Sequence record: KJ019103.1
Reading direction: 5' to 3' (one strand)
DNA: 64,000 nucleotides
Program-made: the position numbers and the translations under genes
In this document: positions 16,501-25,854 of the stretch, in pieces
How the letters are laid out: each line of letters opens with the position of its first letter
Numbering within the stretch: the stretch's first letter is position 1
Notes under the pieces: generated by a model
The model's database searches: none
What the model saw: the letters and a program-made list of their open reading frames with translations, nothing else
Told to the model about the DNA's origin: nothing

Positions 16501-19500
16501 TGTTGGCTGGTGGAACTCTCCGTGCCTCGGACACCCTAGATTTTAGACCCAGAGTCGCCGCCTTTACCTCACTCAACTCCTCACCATTTAACTACACTTC
16601 TCGTGACTTTGGTGACAATGGTAATACTGTTATCCTAGTTACCAAACCAAGTGAAAGTATGGTTCTAGGTTATAGTTACTTTGTTGGAAGAAGGGATCGT
16701 ATTGTACTAGGATCTAATGGAAAATTCAGTGTAATTGAAGGTACACCCGCTGAGTTCCCAACATTACCCACAATTGGTGATGGTGTAATGGAACTCGCCC
16801 AAATAACTTATCCACCATACCTATACTACATCGAAGACGTTCAAATTATCGAGGTTGATAATAGACGATATACGATGAGAGATATTGGTAAGTTGGAAGA
16901 TCGTATTGAGAACTTAGAAGAAGTTACGTCACTTTCACTACTAGAAAGGGAAACAGAATCACTACAAGTTTTGGATGAAGATGGTAACGACAGATTTAAA
17001 TCTGGTTTCTTTGCCGATGATTTCACGAATGCAGAATTTATTGATAATGATTATGAAGATACCAACATTGATGTTGAACCTGCAACTTCTTCCCTAGTCA
17101 CTAGACAGTTATTTTCCACCATTCCATTAAGAGCTCAACTATCAGAAAGTATTGATGAGAACATAGTTGATTTGAGTGATAACTTACCTCTAGTAGATAC
17201 TAATCTACAAAAGACTGGTGATATAGTTACCCTATCATATGTTGAAGTTCCTTGGATTACACAACCACTATCTTCGAGAACAGAAAATGTTAACCCATTC
17301 AATGTTATTCTATTCAATGGTAGTATTACATTAAACCCAGCTTCTGATGATTTTGTTATTACTAGACAGATTCCAGGCAATACTCAAACTATTGATGTAT
17401 TTGGTGATGGAAACAGTTCTAATTTCGATCAGACGTTTGTTGAGAGTGTAGAAACTGCTCAGTGGATGAGATCACGTAACATTGCTTTCCACGGTCGTGG
17501 AATCAAACCCTTCACTCAGTTCTATGCGTTCTTTGACGGAACTTCTGGTATTGATATTATCCCCAAACTTATTGAAATCACCATGACTAACGGTGCTTTC
17601 TCCGTTGGGGAGAGGGTTGTTGGTACTACTGGAGGTAGAAGAATCTTTGCAGCTAGAGTAGCTACACCTAATCATAAGGAAGGTACTTTCAATAGTCCAG
17701 ATAGAACTTTTGAGACAAATCCATATAATAGGGACGCTCAGTTGGCGTCTTCATACTCAGCCTCGTCTACAGTTCTCAATATTGATACCAACTCACTAGC
17801 AGATATCACTGACTCACGTTTCTTTGGTTATATCACACCAGGAACTAGATTAGTTGGTCAGTCTAGTGGAGCTATTGCTGATGTTACAGAAGTAAAATTA
17901 ATCGCTGATACATTTGCTGAACTATATGGTGCTATTTGGTTGAGGGATCCATACGCATCCCCAACACCATCATTCAGACTTGCTACCGGTGTTCGTACAC
18001 TAAAACTAACCTCTAGTACAACTAACGCACAATCTACACTTGGTGGAACAACGATCTCCTTTGCAGAGTCTAACTTCCAATCTAGTGGTTTGGTTCAGAA
18101 CAGGCAGACTGATACTACTGTGGTAACAGTTAGACCCCTACCACCACCACCCCCACCAATTATTATTGACCAAACAGTTACTATTGTCAATAACAATACG
18201 ACAGTTATCGATAATACTGTTACTCAAAATATCGATAATACTCAAACTATTATCCGAGAAGTGGAAGTTGACGATGACGACCCATTGGCACAGACCTTTA
18301 TGGTTGATGAGACCGGTGCGTTCCTAACCAGTATTGATCTGTTTATGGCTACTAAGTCTGAAACAGATAACTTAATTGTTCAGGTTAGAACTACTGAGTT
18401 GGCAACTCCAACCAACCTTCTTATTCAAGATTTTGCTGAGGTTGTTCTATCACCTGATCAAGTTAATGTATCAGAAGATGGGACTGCGGTAACTAAAGTT
18501 ACTTTCCCCTCTCCCATATATCTTGAGTCAGGTATAACATATGCCGTTGTACTACTTGCCCCAACTACTGACGAATACACTTCGTTTATTGCTGTTATGG
18601 GTGAGGAGAATCTCTCTGGTGAGATTGATCCTAACTTAGATCTAAACGCAACACTTCCAGAAGGATCTACTCAAAGTAACTCCAATCTCCCAGGAACTGC
18701 TATTATTTCCCAGCAGTATCTCGGTGGATCACTATTTAAGTCTCAGAATGGTACTATCTGGACACCAACTCAGTTTGAGGATCTTAAGTTCACTCTCAAC
18801 AAAGCACAGTTTAACCAGACTCCAGGAACTCTATTCCTCAACAATCCACCACTAACTGAGACCGGAATTCTACCACCTGATCCAATTGAAACACTACCTA
18901 GAAAACTCAAGGTATCTGTAAGTTCTAATACTTACAACTTCAGTGAAGGTGATATCATTTCTTCTGTTGGTTCAGGTGCTACCAATACCGCGTTGGTAAC
19001 TGGTGACCTAGAGACCCTAGGTGGTCCACTAGCAACACTCGATGTAACTGACCCTGGTGTTGGTTTCATTGATGGTTCCTACAGTAGTGTAACTGTATAT
19101 CCAATTACCAGTTCTGGTTCAGGTGCTGAACTCAATGTTACCATTTCTGGTAATGTAATTACAGCAGCAACAGTAACTACTGGTGGTTCTGGTTATAGAG
19201 TTGGAGATACCATTGGTATTACAACCGCTGATGTTGGTGCCGCTGGTGGTGACTCTGTATTGACTCTCGATACCATTGGTGATACAGATACACTATTCCT
19301 CACTAACGTACAAGGTGAGAAGATGGTTATAACAGAGAGTATTAAGGTATACGATACTGTTACTGAATCCCTAAGGACAACTGGTGTAGATATTACAACA
19401 GAATCTGAAGTTCTCAATCCAATGTATAATGGTAGTATCTTTGTTGCTAACATACCCAATCATGGTATGGAAGCAGACAACAATGTGGTTAGTATCACAG

Positions 19501-20756
19501 ATATCCAACCAGATACAATTGGTAGCCCACTAACACAGAGAGTTGATGTTTCCTCTAGTAGTTTGACAATTCAGGACTCTTCCTCATTCTCCACCTTTGA
19601 GGGTATTACTACCAGTATTGGTTATGCTCTAGTTGGTGGTGAGATTATTGAATACTCCAACAGTGGTAGTGGTACTATTGGTATTACTTCTAGAGGTGTA
19701 GATAATAGTATTATTTCTACTCATAACGCTGGTGAGAGAGTATTCAAGTATGAACTCAGTGGTGTATCACTAAGGCGTATCAATAGGGAACATTTGATTC
19801 CTAATGATAGTCTCTTAGGTAATACTAGAGAGATTAATAACTTACCCATACAGATTAGTAGAAGTCCAAGAGTATCTGGTAGAGATCAATTGAGCTTCAA
19901 TCAGGAACAGACCGCAGGTGGAGCATTTGGTAGATCCTCTCAAAACTATGAGTATACTAGAATCCTACCCAATCTAGCAGCCTTTGGTTTCGGTGATTCT
20001 ACTAGTATTAGATCCGTAGCAAGAACCATATCAGGTACAAGTGCTGGTGGTTCTGAAGTATCTTTCCTAGATCAGGGAAGTATACCTGTGAATCTAAACA
20101 CCTGGAACACTTTCCCCAGTGTGAGAATGGTTGCTTCTCAGGTCAATGAGATTGAATATCTACAAGATCTTCCTAGACAGAAGTCGTTTACACTAGGGTT
20201 GACACTAACCAGTACAGATCCCAACCTCTCTCCAGTAGTTGATCTTCAACAGGTTAGTTTGATTACCTCTAGAAACTCCCTAAACAAACCAATCACCAAC
20301 TACGCAGATGATTCAAGAGTTAACTTACTAGTAGGTGATCCTCACGCTTCTATCTATGTTTCACAGGTGATCAACTTAGAAACACCAGCTACCTCACTTG
20401 AGGTCATCATTAGTGCTTATCGTGATGTATCAGCTGACTTCCGTGTTCTCTATAGGTTGTATGGTCCCAACTCCAATAACTCCACAGAACCAACTTGGGA
20501 GTTATTCCCTGGTTACACCAACATGCTAGATACTACTGGTGATGGTGTTGGTAATAGAATTATTGATCCTTCCAAGAACAATGGTTTACCAAATGCAAGA
20601 GTTAGGGATAGTAACATTGGTGAAGTTCTAGAGTATGGTTACCACGTAGATGAGTTATCTGAGTTTTCTGGTTTCCAACTTAAGATTGTCTTTAGTGGAA
20701 CCAATGAAGCAAGACCACCACTATTTACCGATATTAGAGCAATCGCGTTGGCTTAA
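13536..20756 (+). CDS. Large virion structural protein, VrlC-like / DUF4815-type
   Basis: 2406 aa; N-terminal PYFDDFDPSKDYYKVLFKPGFPVQARELTTLQSILQ, RFKSGFFADDF, DPLAQTF and GSLFKSQNG motifs; follows g8. Confidence 0.8.
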   Translation: MSQINLDTSPYFDDFDPSKDYYKVLFKPGFPVQARELTTLQSILQNQVSNFGKHLFKEGSMVIPGSITYNAKYESIVINKQQGGIDVSLYASRLVGKTIQGKTSGVTAKVINFLLPPNNGVTSPTIFVSYINSGSDAATTVFDNNEELISTSDIVYGNTTITAGTTFASTISTLSTAVGSAAQIRDGIYFIRGFFAQVRESVVILEPFSNTPSYRVGLQITEQVITAGQDNSLYDNAKGFNNFSAPGADRLKISTKLIKKPLDDYNDTNFVELLRVDNGEVKKIAENSDYNIIKDYLAQRTYEESGDYTLFGMGIKVAESLSDNLGNGGVYQFDQKTEQGGTPTDDLAVVKVSAGKAYVRGYDINNPGTVNLDINKPRTTENVEASSVPFEMGSKFFINNVTGTPVIGLDVNDNIVELYNGRVDGAGSSTGDLIGESRVYSYSLEDAPYTGPSTPWNLYLYDTQIFTKLTLNVDATGNILTSYKVRGLSSNATGYVRSVSTTEVVLTQVSGEFIRNEAISVNGKISSSLSVSLVDSYRNNDVRSISQASSSLDPNIEVDFSADTLQYSAIPTGFTASDSVTITTGGVVTCPGRIFDAFRVGDVIGYQKAGSEVITYNQVLSLNATNTSITVDAVANVAGVCDGTLPSSETRSGIRLYNSRLLNQEISQLYATLEERNISSVDLASSSLTFAKQINNLSTDASGVLTVNVSDLDVSGAVFEAFDQERYSIHYSNGTTQSLSSSQVTITSSTAEFTNLLPSQTTNVTLNCTAIKTGIKSKTKVLLRSQLLEVTKASSGISTVAQGLGQNDYYGLRVDDEEISLNVSDVTNIVAVYESLDDGTPTFDVLGFVNGLELDTRVAVGEQIKGDVSGAIARVVTVATPASVNIVYLTESTFEVGELVTFMESKIETNLQSITEGNYSNITNRFTLDKGQREQFYDYSRLVRNKNAKAPNKRILIIYDRFAVPVNDKGDFYTANSYSEEDFSKGVPMLAGGTLRASDTLDFRPRVAAFTSLNSSPFNYTSRDFGDNGNTVILVTKPSESMVLGYSYFVGRRDRIVLGSNGKFSVIEGTPAEFPTLPTIGDGVMELAQITYPPYLYYIEDVQIIEVDNRRYTMRDIGKLEDRIENLEEVTSLSLLERETESLQVLDEDGNDRFKSGFFADDFTNAEFIDNDYEDTNIDVEPATSSLVTRQLFSTIPLRAQLSESIDENIVDLSDNLPLVDTNLQKTGDIVTLSYVEVPWITQPLSSRTENVNPFNVILFNGSITLNPASDDFVITRQIPGNTQTIDVFGDGNSSNFDQTFVESVETAQWMRSRNIAFHGRGIKPFTQFYAFFDGTSGIDIIPKLIEITMTNGAFSVGERVVGTTGGRRIFAARVATPNHKEGTFNSPDRTFETNPYNRDAQLASSYSASSTVLNIDTNSLADITDSRFFGYITPGTRLVGQSSGAIADVTEVKLIADTFAELYGAIWLRDPYASPTPSFRLATGVRTLKLTSSTTNAQSTLGGTTISFAESNFQSSGLVQNRQTDTTVVTVRPLPPPPPPIIIDQTVTIVNNNTTVIDNTVTQNIDNTQTIIREVEVDDDDPLAQTFMVDETGAFLTSIDLFMATKSETDNLIVQVRTTELATPTNLLIQDFAEVVLSPDQVNVSEDGTAVTKVTFPSPIYLESGITYAVVLLAPTTDEYTSFIAVMGEENLSGEIDPNLDLNATLPEGSTQSNSNLPGTAIISQQYLGGSLFKSQNGTIWTPTQFEDLKFTLNKAQFNQTPGTLFLNNPPLTETGILPPDPIETLPRKLKVSVSSNTYNFSEGDIISSVGSGATNTALVTGDLETLGGPLATLDVTDPGVGFIDGSYSSVTVYPITSSGSGAELNVTISGNVITAATVTTGGSGYRVGDTIGITTADVGAAGGDSVLTLDTIGDTDTLFLTNVQGEKMVITESIKVYDTVTESLRTTGVDITTESEVLNPMYNGSIFVANIPNHGMEADNNVVSITDIQPDTIGSPLTQRVDVSSSSLTIQDSSSFSTFEGITTSIGYALVGGEIIEYSNSGSGTIGITSRGVDNSIISTHNAGERVFKYELSGVSLRRINREHLIPNDSLLGNTREINNLPIQISRSPRVSGRDQLSFNQEQTAGGAFGRSSQNYEYTRILPNLAAFGFGDSTSIRSVARTISGTSAGGSEVSFLDQGSIPVNLNTWNTFPSVRMVASQVNEIEYLQDLPRQKSFTLGLTLTSTDPNLSPVVDLQQVSLITSRNSLNKPITNYADDSRVNLLVGDPHASIYVSQVINLETPATSLEVIISAYRDVSADFRVLYRLYGPNSNNSTEPTWELFPGYTNMLDTTGDGVGNRIIDPSKNNGLPNARVRDSNIGEVLEYGYHVDELSEFSGFQLKIVFSGTNEARPPLFTDIRAIALA

Positions 20757-20980
20757 TGGGAAAGAAAAGGGTACAGGGTTACAATAACCTTTATCGTAAC
20801 GAATCCGGTGCTATCGTTAATACCGATACCACTGGTTATGTTGCATACAAAAAGAAAAGAGATTCCTCCAAACTGAAACAGGATCAAATTGAATCCTTAG
20901 GAACTCAGTTAGAGGAAGCAAAGAATGAGATCAATGAGCTCAAGGATCTGGTCAAACAGATGATTAATAAGAACGTCTAA
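20756..20980 (+). CDS. Small coiled-coil protein (conserved-position hypothetical)
   Basis: 74 aa, TAATG-coupled to the upstream ORF; LYRNESGAIVN followed by a heptad-rich C-terminus. Confidence 0.7.
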   Translation: MGKKRVQGYNNLYRNESGAIVNTDTTGYVAYKKKRDSSKLKQDQIESLGTQLEEAKNEINELKDLVKQMINKNV

Positions 20981-21007
20981 ATATTAGAGTAATACTAGCT
21001 AATTCTC

Positions 21008-21541
21008 ATGGCAAGTGCCTACGTATCAAATATAACTATTGATCAGGGTGCTGACTTTTCTGCTTATTTCACATTAGATGATGCTGGAACCTCGGTTCCT
21101 ATCAATCTAACTAGATTTACTGCATATGGGCAACTTAGGAAACATCCTACTGCCCCTTTTGGTGTGCAGTTTGATATTAAGATCGCTAAGCCAAAAACTG
21201 GCGAGATTATTATCTCATTGAACTCAGCACAGACCTCCGCTTTAGATGAGGGTCGTTATGTATATGATGTATATCTCAGAAGCACCACGAACGCTAAAGT
21301 GTATCGTGTTGTGGAGGGAATGGCACTAGTTAACCCCGGTGTAACCGACATGCAAACTGGAATTATCCCACCATCATACCCACCCGTCGCTATCGGACCA
21401 ACTCCACCCGCAGATCCCATCGAAGGGAATCTCTGGTGGAACTCTGAAGATGGGCGTATGTATATCTACTATATTGATAAAGACTCAGCACAGTGGGTAC
21501 AGACCAATCCAAGTAGTAAAGACACAGAGAGGACTAACTGA
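21008..21541 (+). CDS. Virion structural protein (BppU-like N-terminal domain plus short fibre-type module)
   Basis: 177 aa; ITIDQGADF...GRYVYDV...RVVEG domain, then GPTPP...GNLWWNSEDGRMYIYY; late-promoter variant TCTAAATA at 20976-20983. Confidence 0.65.
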   Translation: MASAYVSNITIDQGADFSAYFTLDDAGTSVPINLTRFTAYGQLRKHPTAPFGVQFDIKIAKPKTGEIIISLNSAQTSALDEGRYVYDVYLRSTTNAKVYRVVEGMALVNPGVTDMQTGIIPPSYPPVAIGPTPPADPIEGNLWWNSEDGRMYIYYIDKDSAQWVQTNPSSKDTERTN

Positions 21542-21798
21542 TGGCAAACTTACTCGATCAAATCGGTCAGAGAAATGTTGTTAGGGTAGTATCCCAAGGT
21601 GTCCCAGCAACATTATCTGGACTTTCAGATACAGACTTTAGTGGTATTGGTACTGGAATGGTACCAGTATGGGATGGTGATGCTTTCACACCAATAGTAG
21701 GAGGTGCCAACCAAAGTGTCTCCAATATCATTCTAACGACAAACCCAGTCACACACGCAACTGCATGGACTGATACTATTGATGGTGGATTCTTCTAA
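21541..21798 (+). CDS. Small structural or hypothetical protein
   Basis: 85 aa; stop/start overlap on both sides; LSGLSDTD...VWDG...IDGGFF fibre-like motifs. Confidence 0.6.
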   Translation: MANLLDQIGQRNVVRVVSQGVPATLSGLSDTDFSGIGTGMVPVWDGDAFTPIVGGANQSVSNIILTTNPVTHATAWTDTIDGGFF

Positions 21799-22691
21799 TG
21801 GCAAAACCTCACACACGACAAGAACTTGTCAATTATGGATTGAGGCAGTTGGGCGCTCCAGTTCTAGAGATTAATATTGCAGATGAGCAAATTGATGATC
21901 TACTAGACGATACTATCCAACACTTCCAAGAAAGGCACTACGATGGTGTTGTTAGAACATATCTAAAGTATGAACTAACAAAAGAAGATATTGCACGCGG
22001 TGGTGACATCAATCCAATGGTGAATCCAGGTATCACTACAGTAGGACCAGTAACATATCCAAACCCACCCAAACAAGTAGAAGACAGGTACATAGAGAAC
22101 TCCAATTGGATTCATCTACCTGATTATGTTATCGGTGTTGAGAAGGTCTATGTACCCCGAGAAGCGACTGGTGGTGTAGGTGGATATATAAACCTGATTG
22201 GTCCCGATGGGGGTCTTGGAGGAGGTTGTGGCGGTGGCGGACTCGGTGGTGGTGGTCTAGCCGGTATGGGTTATCTTGGTGGTGGAGATATAATTTCATA
22301 TTTTATGGCTAAGCAATGGATGGCAACATATGACTATATGTTCAACCCAGACGCTGCTATTCGGTTCAATAAGAGAATGGATCGTCTATATCTTGACATC
22401 AACTGGCGTCGCCTAACAGCAGGTGAGCTTATTGTTGTTGATTGCTACAGAGCACTTGATCCTGAACAATTTGTAGAAGTCTACAATGATAGTTGGGTGA
22501 AGAAGTGGTTTACTGCTCTATTGAAAAAGCAATGGGGTCAGAACCTAATGAAGTTCAAAGGAACTAGACTTGCTGGTGGCATTGAGATGAATGGTAGAGA
22601 AATCTACGATGAAGGTGTCAAAGAACTTGAGATCATTAAGAATGATATGTCTAGTCATTATGAACTTCCTCCATTGGATATGATTGGTTAA
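21798..22691 (+). CDS. gp13: Neck protein gp13
   Basis: LRQLGAPVLEINIADEQIDD, HYDG, QWGQNLMKF..GG..NG..IY, ELPPLDMIG. Confidence 0.92.
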   Translation: MAKPHTRQELVNYGLRQLGAPVLEINIADEQIDDLLDDTIQHFQERHYDGVVRTYLKYELTKEDIARGGDINPMVNPGITTVGPVTYPNPPKQVEDRYIENSNWIHLPDYVIGVEKVYVPREATGGVGGYINLIGPDGGLGGGCGGGGLGGGGLAGMGYLGGGDIISYFMAKQWMATYDYMFNPDAAIRFNKRMDRLYLDINWRRLTAGELIVVDCYRALDPEQFVEVYNDSWVKKWFTALLKKQWGQNLMKFKGTRLAGGIEMNGREIYDEGVKELEIIKNDMSSHYELPPLDMIG

Positions 22692-22696
22692 GTAAA

Positions 22697-24175
22697 ATGG
22701 TTGTTAATCCCTTTTTCCTACATGGTTCCACTCAGGAACAAAACCTGATGCAGAATCTGGTCAATGAACAGATTCAAATGTACGGGATCGATGTATATTA
22801 CATCCCTCGTACATTTATTAGGGATGCGACCATCATGCGGGAGGTCACTTCCTCTGCATTTCGATCATACTTTGTTCTAGAAGCATACCTAGAGAACTTT
22901 GATGGATATGGTGGTCAAGGAGACCTCATGTCCAAGTTTGGTATTCAAGTCAAAGATGAAGTTACACTTACTATCTCTAGGGATAGGTATGAGAATTATA
23001 TTGCCCCATTCCTGAACTCCAGGATGTTGTATTTGATGGACTCACCCCAAGATGATGGGCAAATGATGACCATCCAGAGACCCAAGGAAGGGGATCTAAT
23101 CTACTTCCCACTGGGTAGAAGACTATTTGAGATTAAGTTTGTAGAGCATGAGAAACCCTTCTATCAGTTAGGTAAGGGATATGTTTATGAACTTCAGTGC
23201 GAACTATTTGAGTATGAAGATGAAGTCCTCGATACAAGTGTCGATGAGATCGATAGTACTCTACTTAATAAGGGTTATATTACAACTATTAACCTTGTCC
23301 CCGTTAGTAACAGAGCTGTTGTTACACCCAAAACTGGCACTGGATACATCACAGAACTAACTATCTTCAATGAGGGTAGTGGATATAAGTCACCACCTAG
23401 TATTGTTATTGATCCACCACAACTGGGAACAGATCCTAGTGTTGTTGCACTACTCACTAGACCAGATTCTAGTACCCCTGAACCTGCCATCAAACAGGTT
23501 GTAGTATTTAATAGTGGTTCTGGATATGTGGAACCACCTAGTGTTATTGCAGTTGGTGGTGAAGGAGAGGGTTCTATTATTAGAGCAGGTATCAATAGCC
23601 TATCTGATGGTATTATTGATTTTGTTGTATCTGAGAAGGGTGCTGGTTATCCAGAAGATGTGGATATCATTGTATATGATGATGACAATAATATTGTGGC
23701 ACAGGGTAGGGGGCTATCTGATGGTGATCAGATTGTATCTGCTATTATCACAAACCCAGGAAAAGACCTACCATCCAGTGTGAGGGCTATTGTGGCAAAA
23801 CCAGCAGATGAGGGTGATGGTGTCTTTGTTTATAATGAGATTGTAGTGGGACAACAGTCCGGTATGAGAGCGAGAGTTCGTGGATGGGATCAACCCAATT
23901 ACCAACTACATATCACTAACTTAGATCCCACTCAGAAGTCTATTAACTTCCAAGCAGGTGAGACTATTGTTGGTGAAACCAGTGGTGCCAAGTATTCCCT
24001 CAAGAACTTTGTGGATACACAATCCAAAGCAGACTTCTACTCCGATAACGATAATATTGGAAATGAGGGTGAGGATATTGTGAATACAGATGACGAATAT
24101 AACCAATTCTTTGATACTAATAGGAACTACTTTAACCCTGATTTCAGTAACAACGATCCCTTCGGTGAACAGTAA
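22697..24175 (+). CDS. gp14: Neck protein gp14 (extended form)
   Basis: NPFF, EQIQMYGIDVYYIPR, SKFG, EGDLIYFP, FEIKFVEHEKPFYQLGK, NDPFGE; C-terminal G-S-G-Y repeat extension. Confidence 0.9.
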   Translation: MVVNPFFLHGSTQEQNLMQNLVNEQIQMYGIDVYYIPRTFIRDATIMREVTSSAFRSYFVLEAYLENFDGYGGQGDLMSKFGIQVKDEVTLTISRDRYENYIAPFLNSRMLYLMDSPQDDGQMMTIQRPKEGDLIYFPLGRRLFEIKFVEHEKPFYQLGKGYVYELQCELFEYEDEVLDTSVDEIDSTLLNKGYITTINLVPVSNRAVVTPKTGTGYITELTIFNEGSGYKSPPSIVIDPPQLGTDPSVVALLTRPDSSTPEPAIKQVVVFNSGSGYVEPPSVIAVGGEGEGSIIRAGINSLSDGIIDFVVSEKGAGYPEDVDIIVYDDDNNIVAQGRGLSDGDQIVSAIITNPGKDLPSSVRAIVAKPADEGDGVFVYNEIVVGQQSGMRARVRGWDQPNYQLHITNLDPTQKSINFQAGETIVGETSGAKYSLKNFVDTQSKADFYSDNDNIGNEGEDIVNTDDEYNQFFDTNRNYFNPDFSNNDPFGEQ

Positions 24176-24210
24176 CTAAATAACTTATCTAGTTATTATC
24201 ATTAATACCC

Positions 24211-25011
24211 GTGGGTGAATATTTTTATCATGAGATCATCAAGAGAACTGTTGTCGGTTTCGGCAATCTCTTCAATGGTCTTACTATCCAAAAGGTAGAC
24301 AAGAAGCAAAACGTCATTAACGTGATGAAGGTGCCTCTTGCATATGGTCCTACCCAGAAGTTTCTGGCAAAGATTACTCAGCAGGGTGAGTTAAACCAAC
24401 CTACTGAGATTACTTTACCACGTATGTCTTTTGAGATGAACTCTCTTGCATATGACGGATCGCGGAAGACCGCACCCACTCAGATGTTTAAGACACTAGA
24501 TAACGGGGAGACACTTAAAAAGGTTTATCTTCCAGTTCCATATAATATTGGTTTTGAACTTAATATTATGACCAAGTTGAATGAGGATGCTCTACAACTT
24601 GTCGAACAAATTCTTCCATATTTCCAACCTTCCTTTAATATTACTGTCGATCTAGTTGATCAGATTGGTGAGAAGAGAGATATCCCTGTGGTACTCGACT
24701 CCATCAACTTCACTGACGACTATGAAGGAGACTTCACAGGTAGACGTATTCTAATCTATACTCTATCATTCACTGCCAAATCCTACATGTTTGGACCTGT
24801 CAGTGAATCTGGGGATGGTCTTATTCGTAAGGTTCAGGTTGATTATCATACTTCAACCGAGAGGGATTCACCTCGTGAGGTTCGTTACACAGCCACACCA
24901 GACCCAGTTGATGCCGAACCCACTGATGACTTTGGGTTTAGTGAAGAAACTGTAGTATACTTTGATTCTAAAGTATACAGTCCAACTCAAGGTGAGGATT
25001 ACACTCCATGA
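24211..25011 (+). CDS. gp15: Tail sheath stabiliser / completion protein gp15
   Basis: YFYHEIIKR...FGNLFN, VPLAYGP..KFL, LPRMSFE, EQILPYFQP; GTG start. Confidence 0.92.
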   Translation: MGEYFYHEIIKRTVVGFGNLFNGLTIQKVDKKQNVINVMKVPLAYGPTQKFLAKITQQGELNQPTEITLPRMSFEMNSLAYDGSRKTAPTQMFKTLDNGETLKKVYLPVPYNIGFELNIMTKLNEDALQLVEQILPYFQPSFNITVDLVDQIGEKRDIPVVLDSINFTDDYEGDFTGRRILIYTLSFTAKSYMFGPVSESGDGLIRKVQVDYHTSTERDSPREVRYTATPDPVDAEPTDDFGFSEETVVYFDSKVYSPTQGEDYTP

Positions 25012-25433
25012 GCTTTGAATCAATAGATGATGCACTGGATATTGAATCCAGTATTGTGAAAAAAGAAGAAGAGGTGGAGGTTACTCCTACCAATTCTAAA
25101 GAGAAACCATCTACTCCCCAAACTGAACAAGATTACAACTATAGTAGGGGACAACTCTATTCTCTCATTGAGAAGGGACAAGAGGCGGTTAACAACGCAT
25201 TAGAACTCGCCAACGAAGGTTCTAGTGCTAGATCATATGAGGTTGTTGGTGGTCTTATTAAGAATGTCGCAGACGTTACTGATAAACTACTAGATCTCCA
25301 AAAGAAGGTTAAGGATCTGGATGAAATTTCAGTTACTAATAACCAAACCAATGTAACCAACAATTCGGTATTCGTCGGATCAACTACTGAACTCCAGAAG
25401 ATGTTGAAAGAAGGATTGTTGAATAACGATTAA
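25008..25433 (+). CDS. gp16: Terminase small subunit gp16
   Basis: DYNYSRGQLYSLIEKG, ARSYEV, NNSVFVGSTTELQKML. Confidence 0.9.
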   Translation: MSFESIDDALDIESSIVKKEEEVEVTPTNSKEKPSTPQTEQDYNYSRGQLYSLIEKGQEAVNNALELANEGSSARSYEVVGGLIKNVADVTDKLLDLQKKVKDLDEISVTNNQTNVTNNSVFVGSTTELQKMLKEGLLNND

Positions 25434-25438
25434 CTACT

Positions 25439-25852
25439 ATGGCTTACGAAGAAGAAAATCAGTGTAACTCTACACCTGAGGGTGAAGATTGCCCTAAGCA
25501 CAAGAAGAAGTGCTGCAATTCTGAGGAAAAGAAACGCAAAAAGGGGATGTACGGTCTCCAGGATGAGGATAGTGAAGGCGATGAGTCCTCACAAGAGAAC
25601 GGTGGCATGCCTCAGGATAGTGCCAATGAGGAAAGACAACTTAACCCAGACACTGACCTGAAGGACATGTCCAGTGATAGTAAGAAGAGGGCTATGGATT
25701 CTTTCCGTGAAAGAAGTTCTGAAGCTAAGAAAAGAAAATCAGATAAAGATAAGAAGGATGAATTGGCAACTGAACGCATGACAAAGGGCATAAGGTTCTT
25801 TGACAAACAGGGTTCAGGTTATATTAAAAAAGGTAAAAAGAGTTACGACTAA
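25439..25852 (+). CDS. Charged hypothetical protein
   Basis: 137-aa ORF in gene order; Cys/His cluster at the N-terminus, acidic middle, basic C-terminus. Confidence 0.65.
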   Translation: MAYEEENQCNSTPEGEDCPKHKKKCCNSEEKKRKKGMYGLQDEDSEGDESSQENGGMPQDSANEERQLNPDTDLKDMSSDSKKRAMDSFRERSSEAKKRKSDKDKKDELATERMTKGIRFFDKQGSGYIKKGKKSYD

Positions 25853-25854
25853 CC

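Noticed and set aside
60-20756. Many short alternative-frame and minus-strand ORFs inside the gp7, gp8 and VrlC-like genes
   Set aside because: They are fully nested in long genes, Ser/Leu/Thr-rich shadows of biased codon usage, with no promoter, RBS or recognisable motif.
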